Counted from the stretch's first letter, positions 20,022 to 30,690 are shown. The stretch is DNA of 64,000 nucleotides from an uncultured Acidobacteriota bacterium (GCA_963793255.1 CAWBZK010000005.1:543-64542), one strand, 5' to 3'. Notes: generated by a model not told the origin, from the sequence alone. A program made the numbers and translations.

Positions 20022-20702
20022 CTACTTCACGATCCTGAGCGTGTAGACGTAGGCCCAGCCGAGTTTGTCCTGGAAGTTTATCGTCTTGCCGTCCTTCCCG
20101 ATCGTCATGCCGGGTGCGGCCGCCGCGGGCATCGCGAGATACATTCCCGGCGGTACGAACAACCCCTCCGTGACCGTGTCGATCTTCGCGGGGGTGTCGG
20201 CCCAGTTCGTGCACCCAGGCACCTCCGTCGCGTACGGAATCGCGCCCGCAGGATAGGTGCGCTTCACACTCAATTCCAGGGAATTGCTTCCCAGCATTCC
20301 GGTCTTTGCGCCGATGACTTCCACGTGGTCGTAGCTGCCGGTCATCCTGGGCTGGGGGCAGGTCTGCGCGTTGAACGACGACCGAGCGGGAGTGCCGACG
20401 GGCAACGTGGACGGAAAGTTCTTGAAGACCGGCTTTCCTACCATCGTCATCTCGGTGGGACTCCAGTCGAAGCCGATCTCGTACCGATCTTTGACTTGAG
20501 TCGGATACGACGTCACCGGCGCCCCCTTGATTGGGACTAGAACCGGGGTCGTACCCGTGTATTCGGCGACGACGTCGTAGTGCACGATCTCAGCCGATGT
20601 CCATTTGACCATCTCGTCGACGTTCTGGGCGCGGACGGTAGAGACGAGGATTGCCAGAGCAAGTACGGCGAGCACACGCGAGCTGGACGAGTAGTTCCTC
20701 AC
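20022..20702 (-). CDS. hypothetical secreted protein
   Basis: AGGAGG plus a GTG start at 20702. Signal peptide VRNYSSSSRVLAVLALAILVSTVRAQ. The 226-aa ORF is uninterrupted, and its stop lies 35 nt upstream of the TIM-barrel gene, suggesting an operon. No recognisable motifs. Confidence 0.5.
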   Translation of the reverse strand: MRNYSSSSRVLAVLALAILVSTVRAQNVDEMVKWTSAEIVHYDVVAEYTGTTPVLVPIKGAPVTSYPTQVKDRYEIGFDWSPTEMTMVGKPVFKNFPSTLPVGTPARSSFNAQTCPQPRMTGSYDHVEVIGAKTGMLGSNSLELSVKRTYPAGAIPYATEVPGCTNWADTPAKIDTVTEGLFVPPGMYLAMPAAAAPGMTIGKDGKTINFQDKLGWAYVYTLRIVK

Positions 20703-20742
20703 GGCCCCTCCTGACTGCGGCCTTGCACGCGGAAACCATACT

Positions 20743-22294
20743 TCATTCCGCCTCTCTGGCATCCGCCATTTCGAGCCAGTCCAGTTCCTCCTCGAGCAGG
20801 TGGAAGGCGTCGTCGCCGATCTCGTCGCTGTCCCGCATCGCGAGCACGGTCTGGCGCGCGGCCTGGAGCGCGCCGCGACGGATATCGGCGTGGGCGGAAC
20901 GTGCGGCCCCGGCTGACCCAACCGTCCCGCTGGCCTCCGCCATGTGTGCCTTGAACTCCTGACGGACGGCGTCCGCGAGCGCCGAACGATCGCTCGCGAA
21001 GGTCGCGAGCCCCGCAGCCAGCGCACGCTCTCTCGCCGCGCTCACTTCGCGTCCCACCGGATCGTCGTCGTGCAGGTTCAGCGCGCGGAGGAGCGGTTTG
21101 AGCGTCAGTCCCTGAATCGTGAGCGTCCCGACCACCACCGAAAACGCGGTGAGCACGATCAAATCGCGATAGGGAAACGCCGCGGGCAGCGCCATCGCCG
21201 CGGCGAGCGACACAATGCCACGCATCCCCGCCCACGAGATGACGAGACCGCTGCCGACGGTGGGCCGCAGCATCGGGCGCGGCGGGTTGAATCCGAACCG
21301 CCGGTGCGCGCCATCGCAGCACGGCATTGAAGGACATGTGCCAGACGAGGCGCACGACGATCACCGTCAGCAGAACAGCAATCGCGACGCTGAAGTATCG
21401 CCCGCGATCCGCCACTTCGAGGCTCGCGAGGATGGGCCGGATCTGCAGGCCGATGAAAATGAACGCCAGGATGTTCAGCGCGAACACCACGGTGTCCCAC
21501 ACGGCGTACGACGGGATGCGCGACCGCGCGGGGATCCGCTCCGGCGCCGACCGCGCAACGGTGATCGCGTAGCACACCATGGTCAGGACGCCGGAGAGGC
21601 CGATGTGCTCGGCGACAATCCACACGCCGAGCGTCGTGACGAACTGAAGGATGATGGCCGACGGCACGTGCTCGACGCGTGCCATCGTCCGCAGCGTGAT
21701 CCACCCGAGCGCGGGACCGACCACAACGCTCCCCACCACGGCGAACAGAAACGTCGGCGCCACGGCGCCGACCGAGAAGCCGTTCGCGACGGCGGCGCCA
21801 ACCGCAAGGCGGTAGATCAGGAGCGCACTGGCGTCGTTCAGCAGGCTCTCGCCTTCGAGGATCGTCAGGATGCGATGCGGAGGGCGAAGCTGACGGAGCA
21901 CCGCGGTCGCGGCCGCGGCATCGGGTGGGGCGACGATCGCACCCAGCGCGATCGCCGCCGCCCACGGCATCGCGGGAACGAACGCCCGCGCGACGAGGGC
22001 GACCGCAATGGTCGTGAGCCCGACGGCGACCACGACCAGCCCGGTGACGGGCGCCCAGTTGTCGCGGAGATCCCGGGGCGAGGCGTCGTAGGCCGCGTCG
22101 AGCAGGATGGGCGCGATGAAGAGCGCCAGCGCCAATTCGGGCGGCAGCGTGAACGTCGGCGTGCCTGGGATGAACGCGAGCAGCGCGCCGCCGAGCGCGA
22201 GCAGAACGGGAAACGGCGCGCCGATGCGCCGCGCGAGACCGGCCAGGCCCACGGCGGCGACAAAGAGCACGAGAAGCTGTTCGAGTTCCCTCAT
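20743..22294 (-). CDS. Na+/H+ antiporter (CPA1/NhaP-type), one frameshift
   Basis: Starts MRELEQLLVLFVAAVGLAGLARRIGAPFPVLLALGGALLAF, with ILEGESLLNDASALLIYRLAV and more than 10 TM helices. A frame change near 21310 joins to ISWAGMRGIVSLAAAMALP and a cytoplasmic helical tail ending LEMADAREAE-stop. Confidence 0.8.
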
Positions 22295-22321
22295 CCAAAA
22301 GTGGCCGGGTGAATTTCGGGG

Positions 22322-22970
22322 CTACTTCCCGAAGCGCTCGAAGCGATACGCGAGCTCCGGGCCCTCGTCCGTCTCGTAGGCGAGTTGTCCCATCAACAGC
22401 GCGAACGGCTCCAGGTAGCGTGCGAGTCGTAGCGGCCCGGCATCCACGGGGTCGAAGCCGACGTCGCGGATCAGCATCACTGCCACGTCCTTCGCGCCCT
22501 GGTGGTCTCCGCAGTACAGCGAGGCTCGGCCGGTGCGTTCGCTGTCGTCGCCGCGCGAAGACGTCGAAGAACACTTCGCTCGGCACGGTGCCGAAGGCTG
22601 ACACCACGTGCGCCTTCCGAACCTTGTGCGCGAGCGCCTCGGCGCCCGAGGACGTGTGCCCGATGACGAGGCCGGTGTCGTCGCCGTTCATGGGGAGCGA
22701 ACAGTTGACGATGACCTTGCCGGACAGGTCGCCCGCCTGTTTCAGCACATCGTCGAGTCGCGACCAGTGCACGGCGAGCAGCACGGCGTCCGCATCGCGC
22801 GCGGCGTCCGCGGGCGTCCCGGCGCGCGCGTTGCCTTCTGCCTCACGGGCTAGTTTTTTCAGTTTTTGTTCGCTGCGCGCGTAGCTGAAGACGACGTCGT
22901 GGCCGGCACGCGCGAAGAGCGTGCCGAGCTTGCCGCCCATGAGACCTGAACCGAGAATGCCGATTCGCAC
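22322..22970 (-). CDS. NADP-binding oxidoreductase (F420-dependent NADP reductase / ProC-like Rossmann family), one frameshift
   Basis: MRIGILGSGLMGGKLGTLFARAGHDVVFSY (GxGxxG). A frame change near 22560 joins to …DVGFDPVDAGPLRLARYLEPFALLMGQLAYETDEGPELAYRFERFGK-stop. Beyond about 22560, the 603-aa ORF-track entry is out-of-frame read-through. Confidence 0.6.
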
Positions 22971-23053
22971 GGTCTCACGATACTCCGCGGAAGGCTATGG
23001 GGTGAGCAGTCGGCGGGAGGTATGCAGGGGTGCGTTTTCAAGTGCGAGCGCGA

Positions 23054-25912
23054 TTATCGTCGCAGTCCCACCGTCCAGTTGACACGACGGTGATGGGCGT
23101 CGGCCCGCCCTGTAGCGCGTTGACGAGAAAGCGCTGGCCATCGGGCGTGCTCGTACGAGCGAGCGGCACGCTCCCGCACGGATCGGGAAGAGCTCGCTGA
23201 CGGCGCCGACCTGAACGCAGCGCCCCGGCCATCGACGCGCCGCGGCCATGAGCCTGGACATTCCTTCGAGGTAGTAATCTCGCGGCCGTCACGTCGCCAC
23301 CGGGGCAGGGCGCCCTCGGCCCTCGAAATCCGCCACTTGCCCGCGGAGCCGTCCGACGGCACCACATAGATCTCCGCTCGTCCGGACTCGCTCGAGCCGT
23401 ACGCTACCTATCGTCCGTCAGGCGAGAAATAGGCCCAGCTCAGGGCAAACGGGCTCAGTCAACCACGCAAATCTCTGAGGCTTGCGATCGCCGGCGAAGG
23501 GAAGCACCCAGAGCGTGTCCGTGTCGCCTCGGTCACACCCGACAGGTAGAGCATCGAGCGCCCATCGGCTGACGAGTCTGATGGGTACAGGTCGCTGGGA
23601 TTCTCGAGCAGCAGCTCGTCGCCGCCCGTACCGTTGGCCTGTTTGACATTCAGGCGACGGAAGGAACGGTCACGCTGTGAGCTGAACACGATCCGGCTGT
23701 CGTCGTGCGACCAGATCTCGGCGTTCTCTCGTCCCCCGGATCGAAGGTGAAACGCGTCCGATTGGTATGCGCGACGTCGTAGAGCCAGATGTCGTGGGTT
23801 CCCCGCGTCTTATCGACGATCGGCACCGCCGCCCGCGTGCCGTCGTGCGACAGCTGCACCCCGCCATGGCGCGCCGGCTCGCCGAGCGTGCCGACTGCCT
23901 TCCCGCTGCGGTCGAACCACGTCAAGACCGTGTCGTTCAATGAACCCGATCGATACGCGAGCAGGCCGTTGCCGGATACAGTGAACCCGGCCACGCCGTC
24001 GCTGGGAAACGTGCCCACGTCATCAGCCACATGAAACGCATCGCCGACAAGCTCCAGGCGGGCCGGATCGAAACGCTGCGCCATCAACGTGTTGTCCCGC
24101 ATGAACAGCAAATGCCCCGGCGACGCAAACATGGCCTTCACCGACGCGCCGAGGAGTCGCCGGCGTGACGTCGAGTCGAGCGACCCCACGTAGATCCCGG
24201 AGTCCTCGGCCTTGGCGGCGATGGCGAGAAACAGAAAGTGCACGCCGTCCGGGAGGAACTGCGGATGCCGATGCGAGACCTCCTGCCGAGCCGGATCAAG
24301 CTCGGTCACGGGGATGGATTCGCCACCCGAGGCCGGGACGCGGAAGAGCTGTCCCGTCGCGCGACCGAAGACAATCACGTCGTCCCGGTTCCAGGCGCCG
24401 CCAAAACTCCGTCCGCCTCCGCTTTCCGCGATCGTTTGTGGCGCTCCCCCGGCGATATCGACCTTCTTCAGCCTGCCGTTCGCGACGAAGGCGATCGATC
24501 GTCCATCGGGCGACCAAAAAGCAGCCGTCGCGCCCTCCGTGCCGATGAGAACGGTTGAGTCCAGTGAATCCATGGCACGGAGCCAGAGCACACGGTCGGA
24601 ACCGACGATCGCGGCCACGCGTGTTCCATCCGGCGATAGTGCAAAGTGATTCGGCGACGGCGACGTCGGCGTCTCGACCTCGAAGGTGATCTTCGCGACA
24701 GTTGGCGGTTCGGAACGACGCAATACCAACCACATCGTCGCCCCGCCAACTGCCAGCAATGCGACGGCCGCCGCGATCGCCAGGCCCAGGTGTCTGACCG
24801 GTGCTTTCTGCGCAACGGCGGGAGATGCCGACGACGCGAGGACCCGCGCAAGCGCGCCTCCCATGGCACCCGCGCTCTCGTACCGCTTGGCGGGGTCGAC
24901 GTCCAGCGCGCACTCGACCGCGTGAACGAACGCGTCGGGGAGATCCGGGCGCGCATCGCGCAACCACCCGCGGCGGCGCTGTCCGTGCGCCTCGCGGAGA
25001 TCGGCGGCCGTCCGGCCCTTCACCGGATACGCACCGGTGACGAGGTGAAACAGCAGCACGCCAACGCTGTAGATGTCGCTCTGTGCAGTCGCCGGCGCGC
25101 CGCCGAACACCTCGGGTGCGACGTACAAGGGCGTGCCGGCGAGGTCCGCTGGTCTGTCGGACAAATCCTCACGGCCGGTGCCGAAGTCCATCAGCACGAT
25201 CCGCCCGCCGGCTTCGCGCATGACGTTCTGGGCCTTCACGTCGCGATGAATCAATCCGGCGCCGTGCACGGCCGACAACGCCCGACACAAGTCGAGTCCG
25301 ATCAGCGTCGCTTCGTCAGCGCCGAACGGCCCCTGATCGCGCAGGACGGCTTCGAGCGTGCGTCCCCGGACGAACTCCATCCACAGCCCGACGCGCCCGT
25401 CGATGCGATCCGCGCCGTAGACCGTCACGACGTTCGGATGTCGGACGCGCGCGAGCAGCCGACCCTCATCGATCACATGGGACGCGATCGAATCGAGTGG
25501 ACTCGAGCCGACGGATCAGCTTCAGCGCGATTTCGCGATCGAGGCGGGAATCCCGGGCGCGGTAGACATCGCCGAACGCGCCCTGGCCTACGCGCTCGAG
25601 CACTCGCAACGTGCCCCACGTGGTGCCTTCGGGAATGGCATCCGCGGTCGCCGCATTGGCGGAACGCGACGGGAGAACATCCGGGATCGCGAGCGGCGAC
25701 GAAACGGACGCCAGGTCGGACACGGCCGTGCGCAGGTCCTCGCCGGCAGACGAGCCGGCATGAAACGAGGCGATGCCTGCCACAGCTCGCAGATGCGCGA
25801 GGAGCGCGCGCTGTGATTCGCTGATGGCGGACTCCGCCTCAGTCCAATCGACCGGCCGTCCTTCGAGGACCGCCTCGGCCAGGTCGAACAGCAGTTGCTC
25901 TTCAGCTCCCAC
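23054..25912 (-). CDS. Ser/Thr protein kinase with TM helix and C-terminal TolB/WD40-like beta-propeller, frameshifted
   Basis: Kinase motifs: GQGAFGDVYRA, IALK, HRDVKAQNVM, DFGTG, GTPLYVAPE. TM helix LGLAIAAAVALLAVGGATMWLVL. Repeated propeller blades include FALSPDGTRVA, FWSPDGRSIAF and LSHDGTRAA. At least six frame changes were stitched from ORFs 25466-, 23650-, 23459-, 23054- and others. The start overlaps the sigma-factor stop. Confidence 0.8.
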
Positions 25913-26468
25913 GGTTCATTTCCTCAATCAACTTCACAAGCGCGCGCTGGGCCGCCTTGCGGGCGGCATCCGGCGACGGCTTGCCGATGGCCTCCGCGAG
26001 CTCCTCGTAGCCCAGTCCCAGCTCGATCCGGCCGATGACGAGATCGCGGTCCTCCTCGCGAAGGCGCCCAAGCGCGGCCTCGTAACGTTCAACCGTCTGT
26101 TGTCCGATCGCCTGCTCGAGCGGCGACGGTCCAATGTCGATCTGCTGCGAGTCGAGCGCCGCCGCTTCGGGCCGCCGGTGACGCTTCCGGATCTCGTCCC
26201 GGATCCGGTTCATCACCGCCTGCCGAAGGTACGCGTGCAGCGCCCCTTCGTTCTGCAGCTCGAAGCTCCCTATCCTCTTAAACGTTTGAAGCAGGGTGTC
26301 CTGGACAAGGTCCTGCGTGTCGGCCATGTCGCGGGCCCAGCGTGGCAGGCGTCCACTGGCCCAGCGGCGCAGGGGCGGGAGGTAACGGGCGAACAACGTA
26401 TCGACAGCCGTCCGGTCGCCGGCGCGGGCCTGCGCCAGCAACTGAACCGTCGATTCGGCGTCGTCCAT
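25902..26468 (-). CDS. ECF-type RNA polymerase sigma-70 factor
   Basis: Uninterrupted 188 aa. Region 2 reads DTQDLVQDTLLQTFKRIGSFE…GALHAYLRQAVMNRIRDEIRK. The region 4 HTH reads GLGYEELAEAIGKPSPDAARKAAQRALVKL. Confidence 0.85.
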   Translation of the reverse strand: MDDAESTVQLLAQARAGDRTAVDTLFARYLPPLRRWASGRLPRWARDMADTQDLVQDTLLQTFKRIGSFELQNEGALHAYLRQAVMNRIRDEIRKRHRRPEAAALDSQQIDIGPSPLEQAIGQQTVERYEAALGRLREEDRDLVIGRIELGLGYEELAEAIGKPSPDAARKAAQRALVKLIEEMNRGS

Positions 26469-26606
26469 GTGACCGGGAGCCCGATGTTACCGCGATCCCG
26501 CGCCCCCCGAACACGCGTCGTTGTCCGGTCGGGGGCGCCTCGTCGTTAAAGAAGGTAGGTGAACACCGCCAATTCAGCGGTTCGCCACGAGGAAGGCTGA
26601 GCTTCG

Positions 26607-27191
26607 ATGACTGAGAACCCGGACCCTTGCTGTTGCACTTTTTCTTAGCGCGGCCGTCGCCTGCTCCGAGCAGGGGCCGATACCGACGACTCCGGCCGGG
26701 CCGAGCTCCCTGGAAGGCGCAAACGCGAAGCCAGGCGGACCGCCACCGTCTGACGTTACGGTGACCAGCACGATCGGTGCAGGCGACATCGCCGGCGTCG
26801 GAGTCGCATACACGAATTTGTACATGTCCCAGAACAGCGGCGGATGGTACCTGGATTTGCGCTCGCAGAATACGCGGACGGTCTATCTGAACTTCACGGG
26901 TAACGGGATCACTGGCACGGGGCCGGCGCCGAGTGGGACTCCCTTCAATCCCGGATCGGGGCCCTACAAGGTGTTCATGTACAGCGCGTGCAACCTTTAC
27001 ACCCACCTCCGTCCGCCTGTTGGACATGGATGTCAACACGTCGGCGACGTGTCCGATGGCTGTCTGGTTCGAGGTCGGTGGCAAGAGTACCTCTGCGCAT
27101 GAACTCCAACCAGGACGTCGGCACCAACGACGTGATCGTCACGCGCCTCGTCTTCGACGGCATGGGCAGATCCGGCCCAGCGCGGGTGTGA
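26607..27191 (+). CDS. hypothetical lipoprotein, frameshifted
   Basis: The ATG at 26607 is followed, after an indel, by RTRTLAVALFLSAAVACSEQGP (lipobox-like). The body is stitched from three frames (…TSTIGAGDIAGVGVAYTNLYMSQNSGGWYLDLRSQNTRTVYLNF… / …VRLLDMDVNTSATCPMAVWFEVGGKS… / …DVGTNDVIVTRLVFDGMG…). No family recognised. Confidence 0.4.
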
Positions 27192-27308
27192 GCAACCGCG
27201 CCCGCCTTCTTCCTTCAAGGGAAAGGCAACGCGGGCCTCGTGCCACAAGGGGACTACAACATGTCGTTTTGAGATCGACCTCGCGAATCAGTAAGGGCGA
27301 CTGAGGAC

Positions 27309-27347
27309 AGGAAACCGGGTTTCTTAGACTAAGAAACCCGGTTTCCT
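27309..27347. terminator. perfect 19-bp palindrome between convergent genes
   Basis: AGGAAACCGGGTTTCTTAG-A-CTAAGAAACCCGGTTTCCT read directly. It lies between the lipoprotein gene (+) and the stop of the TIM-barrel gene at 27353 (-). Confidence 0.7.
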
Positions 27348-27352
27348 TCTCT

Positions 27353-28243
27353 CTATCCCTTATACGCGATCAACCACTCGGCGCTGCGCTTGTAGGACTC
27401 GAGGATCGTCAGGTCCGCCTTCTCGAGCGGCGCCCCGTTGAGCGTCGCCGCGCCGTAGGCGCCGACCTCCGCGATGCAGCTCTCGACCTTTGCCTGCTGC
27501 GCGAGCTGGAAGATGGTCTTCCAGTCGAGGACGCCGGCGCCGACGGGCACCGCGGCCTTGCCCTGCACGAAGTCCTTGGCGTGGAACGAAAAGTACCGGT
27601 TGTTGTACTTGCGGAAGAACTCGACCGCGTCGCCGCCGCCGAACGTCAGGTTGCCGACATCGATCTGGAAGCGCACGATGGCCGGATCGGTATTCGCCAT
27701 GAGGATGTCGTACGGCACCTGGCCGTCCGGCGTCTTGACGAACTCGATCTCGTGGTTGTGGTACGCGATCGTCAAGCCTTCCTTCTTCGACATGGCGCCG
27801 AACTTGTTGAGGTCGGCCGCCATCGACTTCCAGTCCTCCGCGGTGGTCATCTTCGGCTTCGGACCACAGATCACGTGCCGGACGCCCAGGGCGTTCGCGT
27901 AGTCCACGGTCGGACCGAAGGTCGTGTTCCAGGACGCGTAGCCGAAGTGGCAGACGTTGCAGTCGAGGCCGACGGCTTTGAACTCCGCGCGCAACTGCTT
28001 GCCGCTGCGCGTGTTGTACGGGTTCATCGCGACCATGTCGATGAGCTTGTAGCCCATCGCGACCATCTGCTTGAGCGTGCCCTCCCAGTCCTTGTTCAGG
28101 TCCGGAACGATCTCGAACGCCTGAAAACCCAGCGGGATGTTGCCGGGAACCGGGGCGGCGTGCAACGTCGCATGGGACATCACCGCCGTGCCTGCCATCG
28201 CGAGACCGCCTTGAGCCAGAAACTCCCGTCGAGTAGAACTCAT
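27353..28243 (-). CDS. Tat-signal sugar phosphate isomerase/epimerase (xylose-isomerase-like TIM barrel)
   Basis: Uninterrupted 296 aa from MSSTRREFLAQGGLAMAGTAVMSHATLHA. Family motifs: YHNHEIEF, FQIDVGNLTFGGGD, FSFHAKDF. Confidence 0.8.
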   Translation of the reverse strand: MSSTRREFLAQGGLAMAGTAVMSHATLHAAPVPGNIPLGFQAFEIVPDLNKDWEGTLKQMVAMGYKLIDMVAMNPYNTRSGKQLRAEFKAVGLDCNVCHFGYASWNTTFGPTVDYANALGVRHVICGPKPKMTTAEDWKSMAADLNKFGAMSKKEGLTIAYHNHEIEFVKTPDGQVPYDILMANTDPAIVRFQIDVGNLTFGGGDAVEFFRKYNNRYFSFHAKDFVQGKAAVPVGAGVLDWKTIFQLAQQAKVESCIAEVGAYGAATLNGAPLEKADLTILESYKRSAEWLIAYKG

Positions 28244-28319
28244 TGTTTTCTCCTGTGCCCAATACGCTAGATCGAAATGGGTCCGGAAGGTAAGCTCGGC
28301 GGCAAACGAGGGACATGGC

Positions 28320-30138
28320 ATGGATCGACGTCAGTTCATCTCGGCCGTGAGCGCCGCCTCGGTCGCCGCCACCGGCAGGACCGTCAAGTCCAGCGCCGCG
28401 CGCCCAGGCGATCCGGCACAGCTCGCGCCGGCGGCGGACGACCGCCTCCTCAACACCCTGACCGCGGTGAACGATCTCCAGGTCCCGGCGATTCTCGCGT
28501 CATACCAGCGTCAGATCGAGGCGCGTTCCGGCCCACGGACTCTCGCACAGAACGCTCTGCGCCTCACCGCGGCGTTCGTCAACGCCCGCGGCCGAAACTA
28601 TCGCAACGCGAGCCTTCTGGATCCCACGAACGCCCTGCTGGACGCGCTCGCCCAGCAGCAGAACGCGAGCGGCCTGTTCGACGTCGGCAACCTGGACAGT
28701 CCCCCGGACACGTCGTTTGTCATCAGCGACCTCGGCCTTGGCTACGACGTGCTCGGCCAAGGCGACCAGCAGACCATCGGCGCGACACGCGAGAGGTACG
28801 CGGCCATCATGACAGAAGGCGACCGCGGCGCTCGTCTCCGGCGGCGTGCACACGCCGAATCACCGATGGGAGATCTGCAAGGCGCTGGCGCACATCCACC
28901 ACATCTGGCCGAGCCGTGCGGTCCTCGCCCGGATCGACGACTGGCTGGGCGAAGGCATCGATCAGGACGCCGAGGGCGAGTACAGCGAGCGCAGCCCGAA
29001 CTACGCGTCCGAGGTCACCAACCGATCGCTCGTCATCGTCGCGCGGCTGGTCAGGCGGCCGGCGCTCCTCGAGCACGTCCGGCGAAACCTGGACATGACG
29101 CTCTACCGGCTGGAACCCAACGGCGAGGTCGAAACGGTGCAGTCGCGCCGCCAGGATCAGACCGGCACGCAGGACGTCTGGAAGTACCTGATGCACTACC
29201 GCGAGCTGGCGCTGGTCGCGAACGACCCGCGGTTCGCGGCCGTCGCCGAACAGATCCTCGACCGGGTCGCGGCCGACCCCGCGTCGTTCGCAGGCGCCGG
29301 CTACTCCGTGGGCGACTTCCTGGCCGAGGCACTCGCCTATCCCGAGCTCGCGGCGGCACTGCCAAGCCCTGCGAATCTGCCGACGACCTACGAGAAGTTC
29401 TTCGCGGGTTCGCGGCTCGTGCGCCTCCGCCGCGACGACGTCACGGCGAGCATCTTCGGCGGAACCGACTCGCACGACATTCGCGAGATCGCCTCCGGGC
29501 TGTCCACCAACCCGACGTTCTTCAAGCTTCGCAAGGGCGCCGCGATCCTCTCATCCGTGCGGATGTCACCGAGCTTCTTCAGCATGGGCCACTTCCGGAG
29601 TGATGGCGTGACGCCGGTCGGTGGCGGGTGGCGGCTGAGCGAGACCGTACGGGTGCCGTATCACCTGCCGCTTCCCGCGCGGTACCGCCGCCGGAACGGC
29701 GACTACGCACTCGCGTCCGAGGGCCGGTTCTACTCCAGCATGGATTTCGCGCATCGGCCCAAGCAGTACTGCGAGCTGAACACGGCGATCACGATCACGG
29801 AGGTCGGCCGGGGCGGCTTCGACCTCGAGTTCGACGTGAACGGTCAAAGCACCTCGCTCACGATCGAGCTCTGCTTCCGGCCCGGCGGAACGTTCACCGG
29901 CGTGGTGCCCGTCGACCGGCGATGGCAACTTCCAGCTGGTCGAGGGGAACGGCACCTACACGGTCGGCCAGGATGTCATCACCTTCGGTCCGGGAAACGG
30001 ACGGAGGCATTCTCCAGCCCGTCCGCATGGACGCCGGTGAGAAGTACCTGGTACCTCGGCGGCAGCCTGGTCCCGCCCGGTCAACGCGTGTACATCACCG
30101 GGCGCGTCCCGTTTCGCTACACGCTGCGACTGCGCTGA
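28320..30138 (+). CDS. Tat-signal hypothetical protein (possibly alpha/alpha-toroid, heparinase II/III-like), frameshifted
   Basis: Starts MDRRQFISAVSAASVAATG. A helical N-terminal half contains GGVHTPNHRWEICKALAHIHH, and the C-terminal half is beta-rich. Frame changes lie near 28830 and 29930. The family suggestion is weak. Confidence 0.4.
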
Positions 30139-30146
30139 CGCGATTC

Positions 30147-30293
30147 ATTGCGGATCTGTGATCTGCGATTGACGATTGCATCGGGTCATCGTGGAATGCG
30201 GATTGAGGATTGACAGCGTCTCGTCCAATCCTCCGATCTCGCAATCATCAATGGCCCAATGCAATCCGCCATCACAGATCGCAGATCCTCAAT
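30147..30293. repeat. long imperfect inverted repeat built from GATTG/CAATC-containing words
   Basis: Best-paired segments are 30203-30214 (GAGGATTGAC) with 30223-30233 (GTCCAATCCTC), and 30171-30189 (GACGATTGCATCGGGTCAT) with 30251-30270 (ATGGCCCAATGCAATCCGCC). ATCACAGATC-type cores also appear in the outer arms. The repeat fills the convergent gap between stops 30138 (+) and 30289 (-). Confidence 0.6.
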
Positions 30294-30690
30294 TACCTGC
30301 CCGGTCAACAAATATCCAGGCATGGTCGGCATTCGACTCGTGGATCAACGTCACGGTAACGAGGACGGCGCCGGTGGGAAACGGGAACGTAAACGGAAAG
30401 ACGTCCCGAAGCTGGCCAAGCTCAATGCCTCGGTGAAACCGCGCCGCGAACGACGGCACGTTTGTACACGGCGCGATCTCCGTGAAGAAATGCCGGCCGA
30501 TGACCTCCGACGGCGTTCGGCCCGCAAGCCGCGCTTCCGCCGCGTTGTAGGCGAGCACCTTTCCGCTCTTGTCGACCTTGATGACGCCAAACGGCAGCTT
30601 GTCGAGCTCCCCGGGCGTGAGGTGCGTGACCTCACGAAGGCGCTTGAGCAGGACGATGGAGTCCGTCGCCGGGTTGTGGGGATCGTCCAT
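30289..30690 (-). CDS. pyp: photoactive yellow protein (PYP) homologue
   Basis: Uninterrupted 133 aa. LPFGVIKVDKSGKVLAYNAAEARLAGRTPSEVIGRHFFTEIAPCTNVPSFAARFHRGIELGQL…WIFVDR aligns from memory with Halorhodospira PYP ([63 protein letters not shown]…WVFVKR). The chromophore Cys in the APCT context is retained. Confidence 0.85.
   Translation of the reverse strand: MDDPHNPATDSIVLLKRLREVTHLTPGELDKLPFGVIKVDKSGKVLAYNAAEARLAGRTPSEVIGRHFFTEIAPCTNVPSFAARFHRGIELGQLRDVFPFTFPFPTGAVLVTVTLIHESNADHAWIFVDRAGN

Noticed and set aside
21159-22970. 603-aa ORF suggesting a large fusion protein.
   Set aside because: Only the first ~140 residues (the Rossmann oxidoreductase) are meaningful. After the frame break near 22560, the ORF reads out of frame and then across the antiporter gene in a wrong frame.
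26558-26586. Imperfect palindrome GGTGAACACCGCCAATTCAGCGGTTCGCC, with outward-facing GAAC motifs, in the divergent sigma/lipoprotein intergenic region. Considered as ECF-type -35 elements.
   Set aside because: I could not find matching -10 (CGTC-like) elements at the right spacing on either strand, so a promoter call is not supportable from sequence alone.
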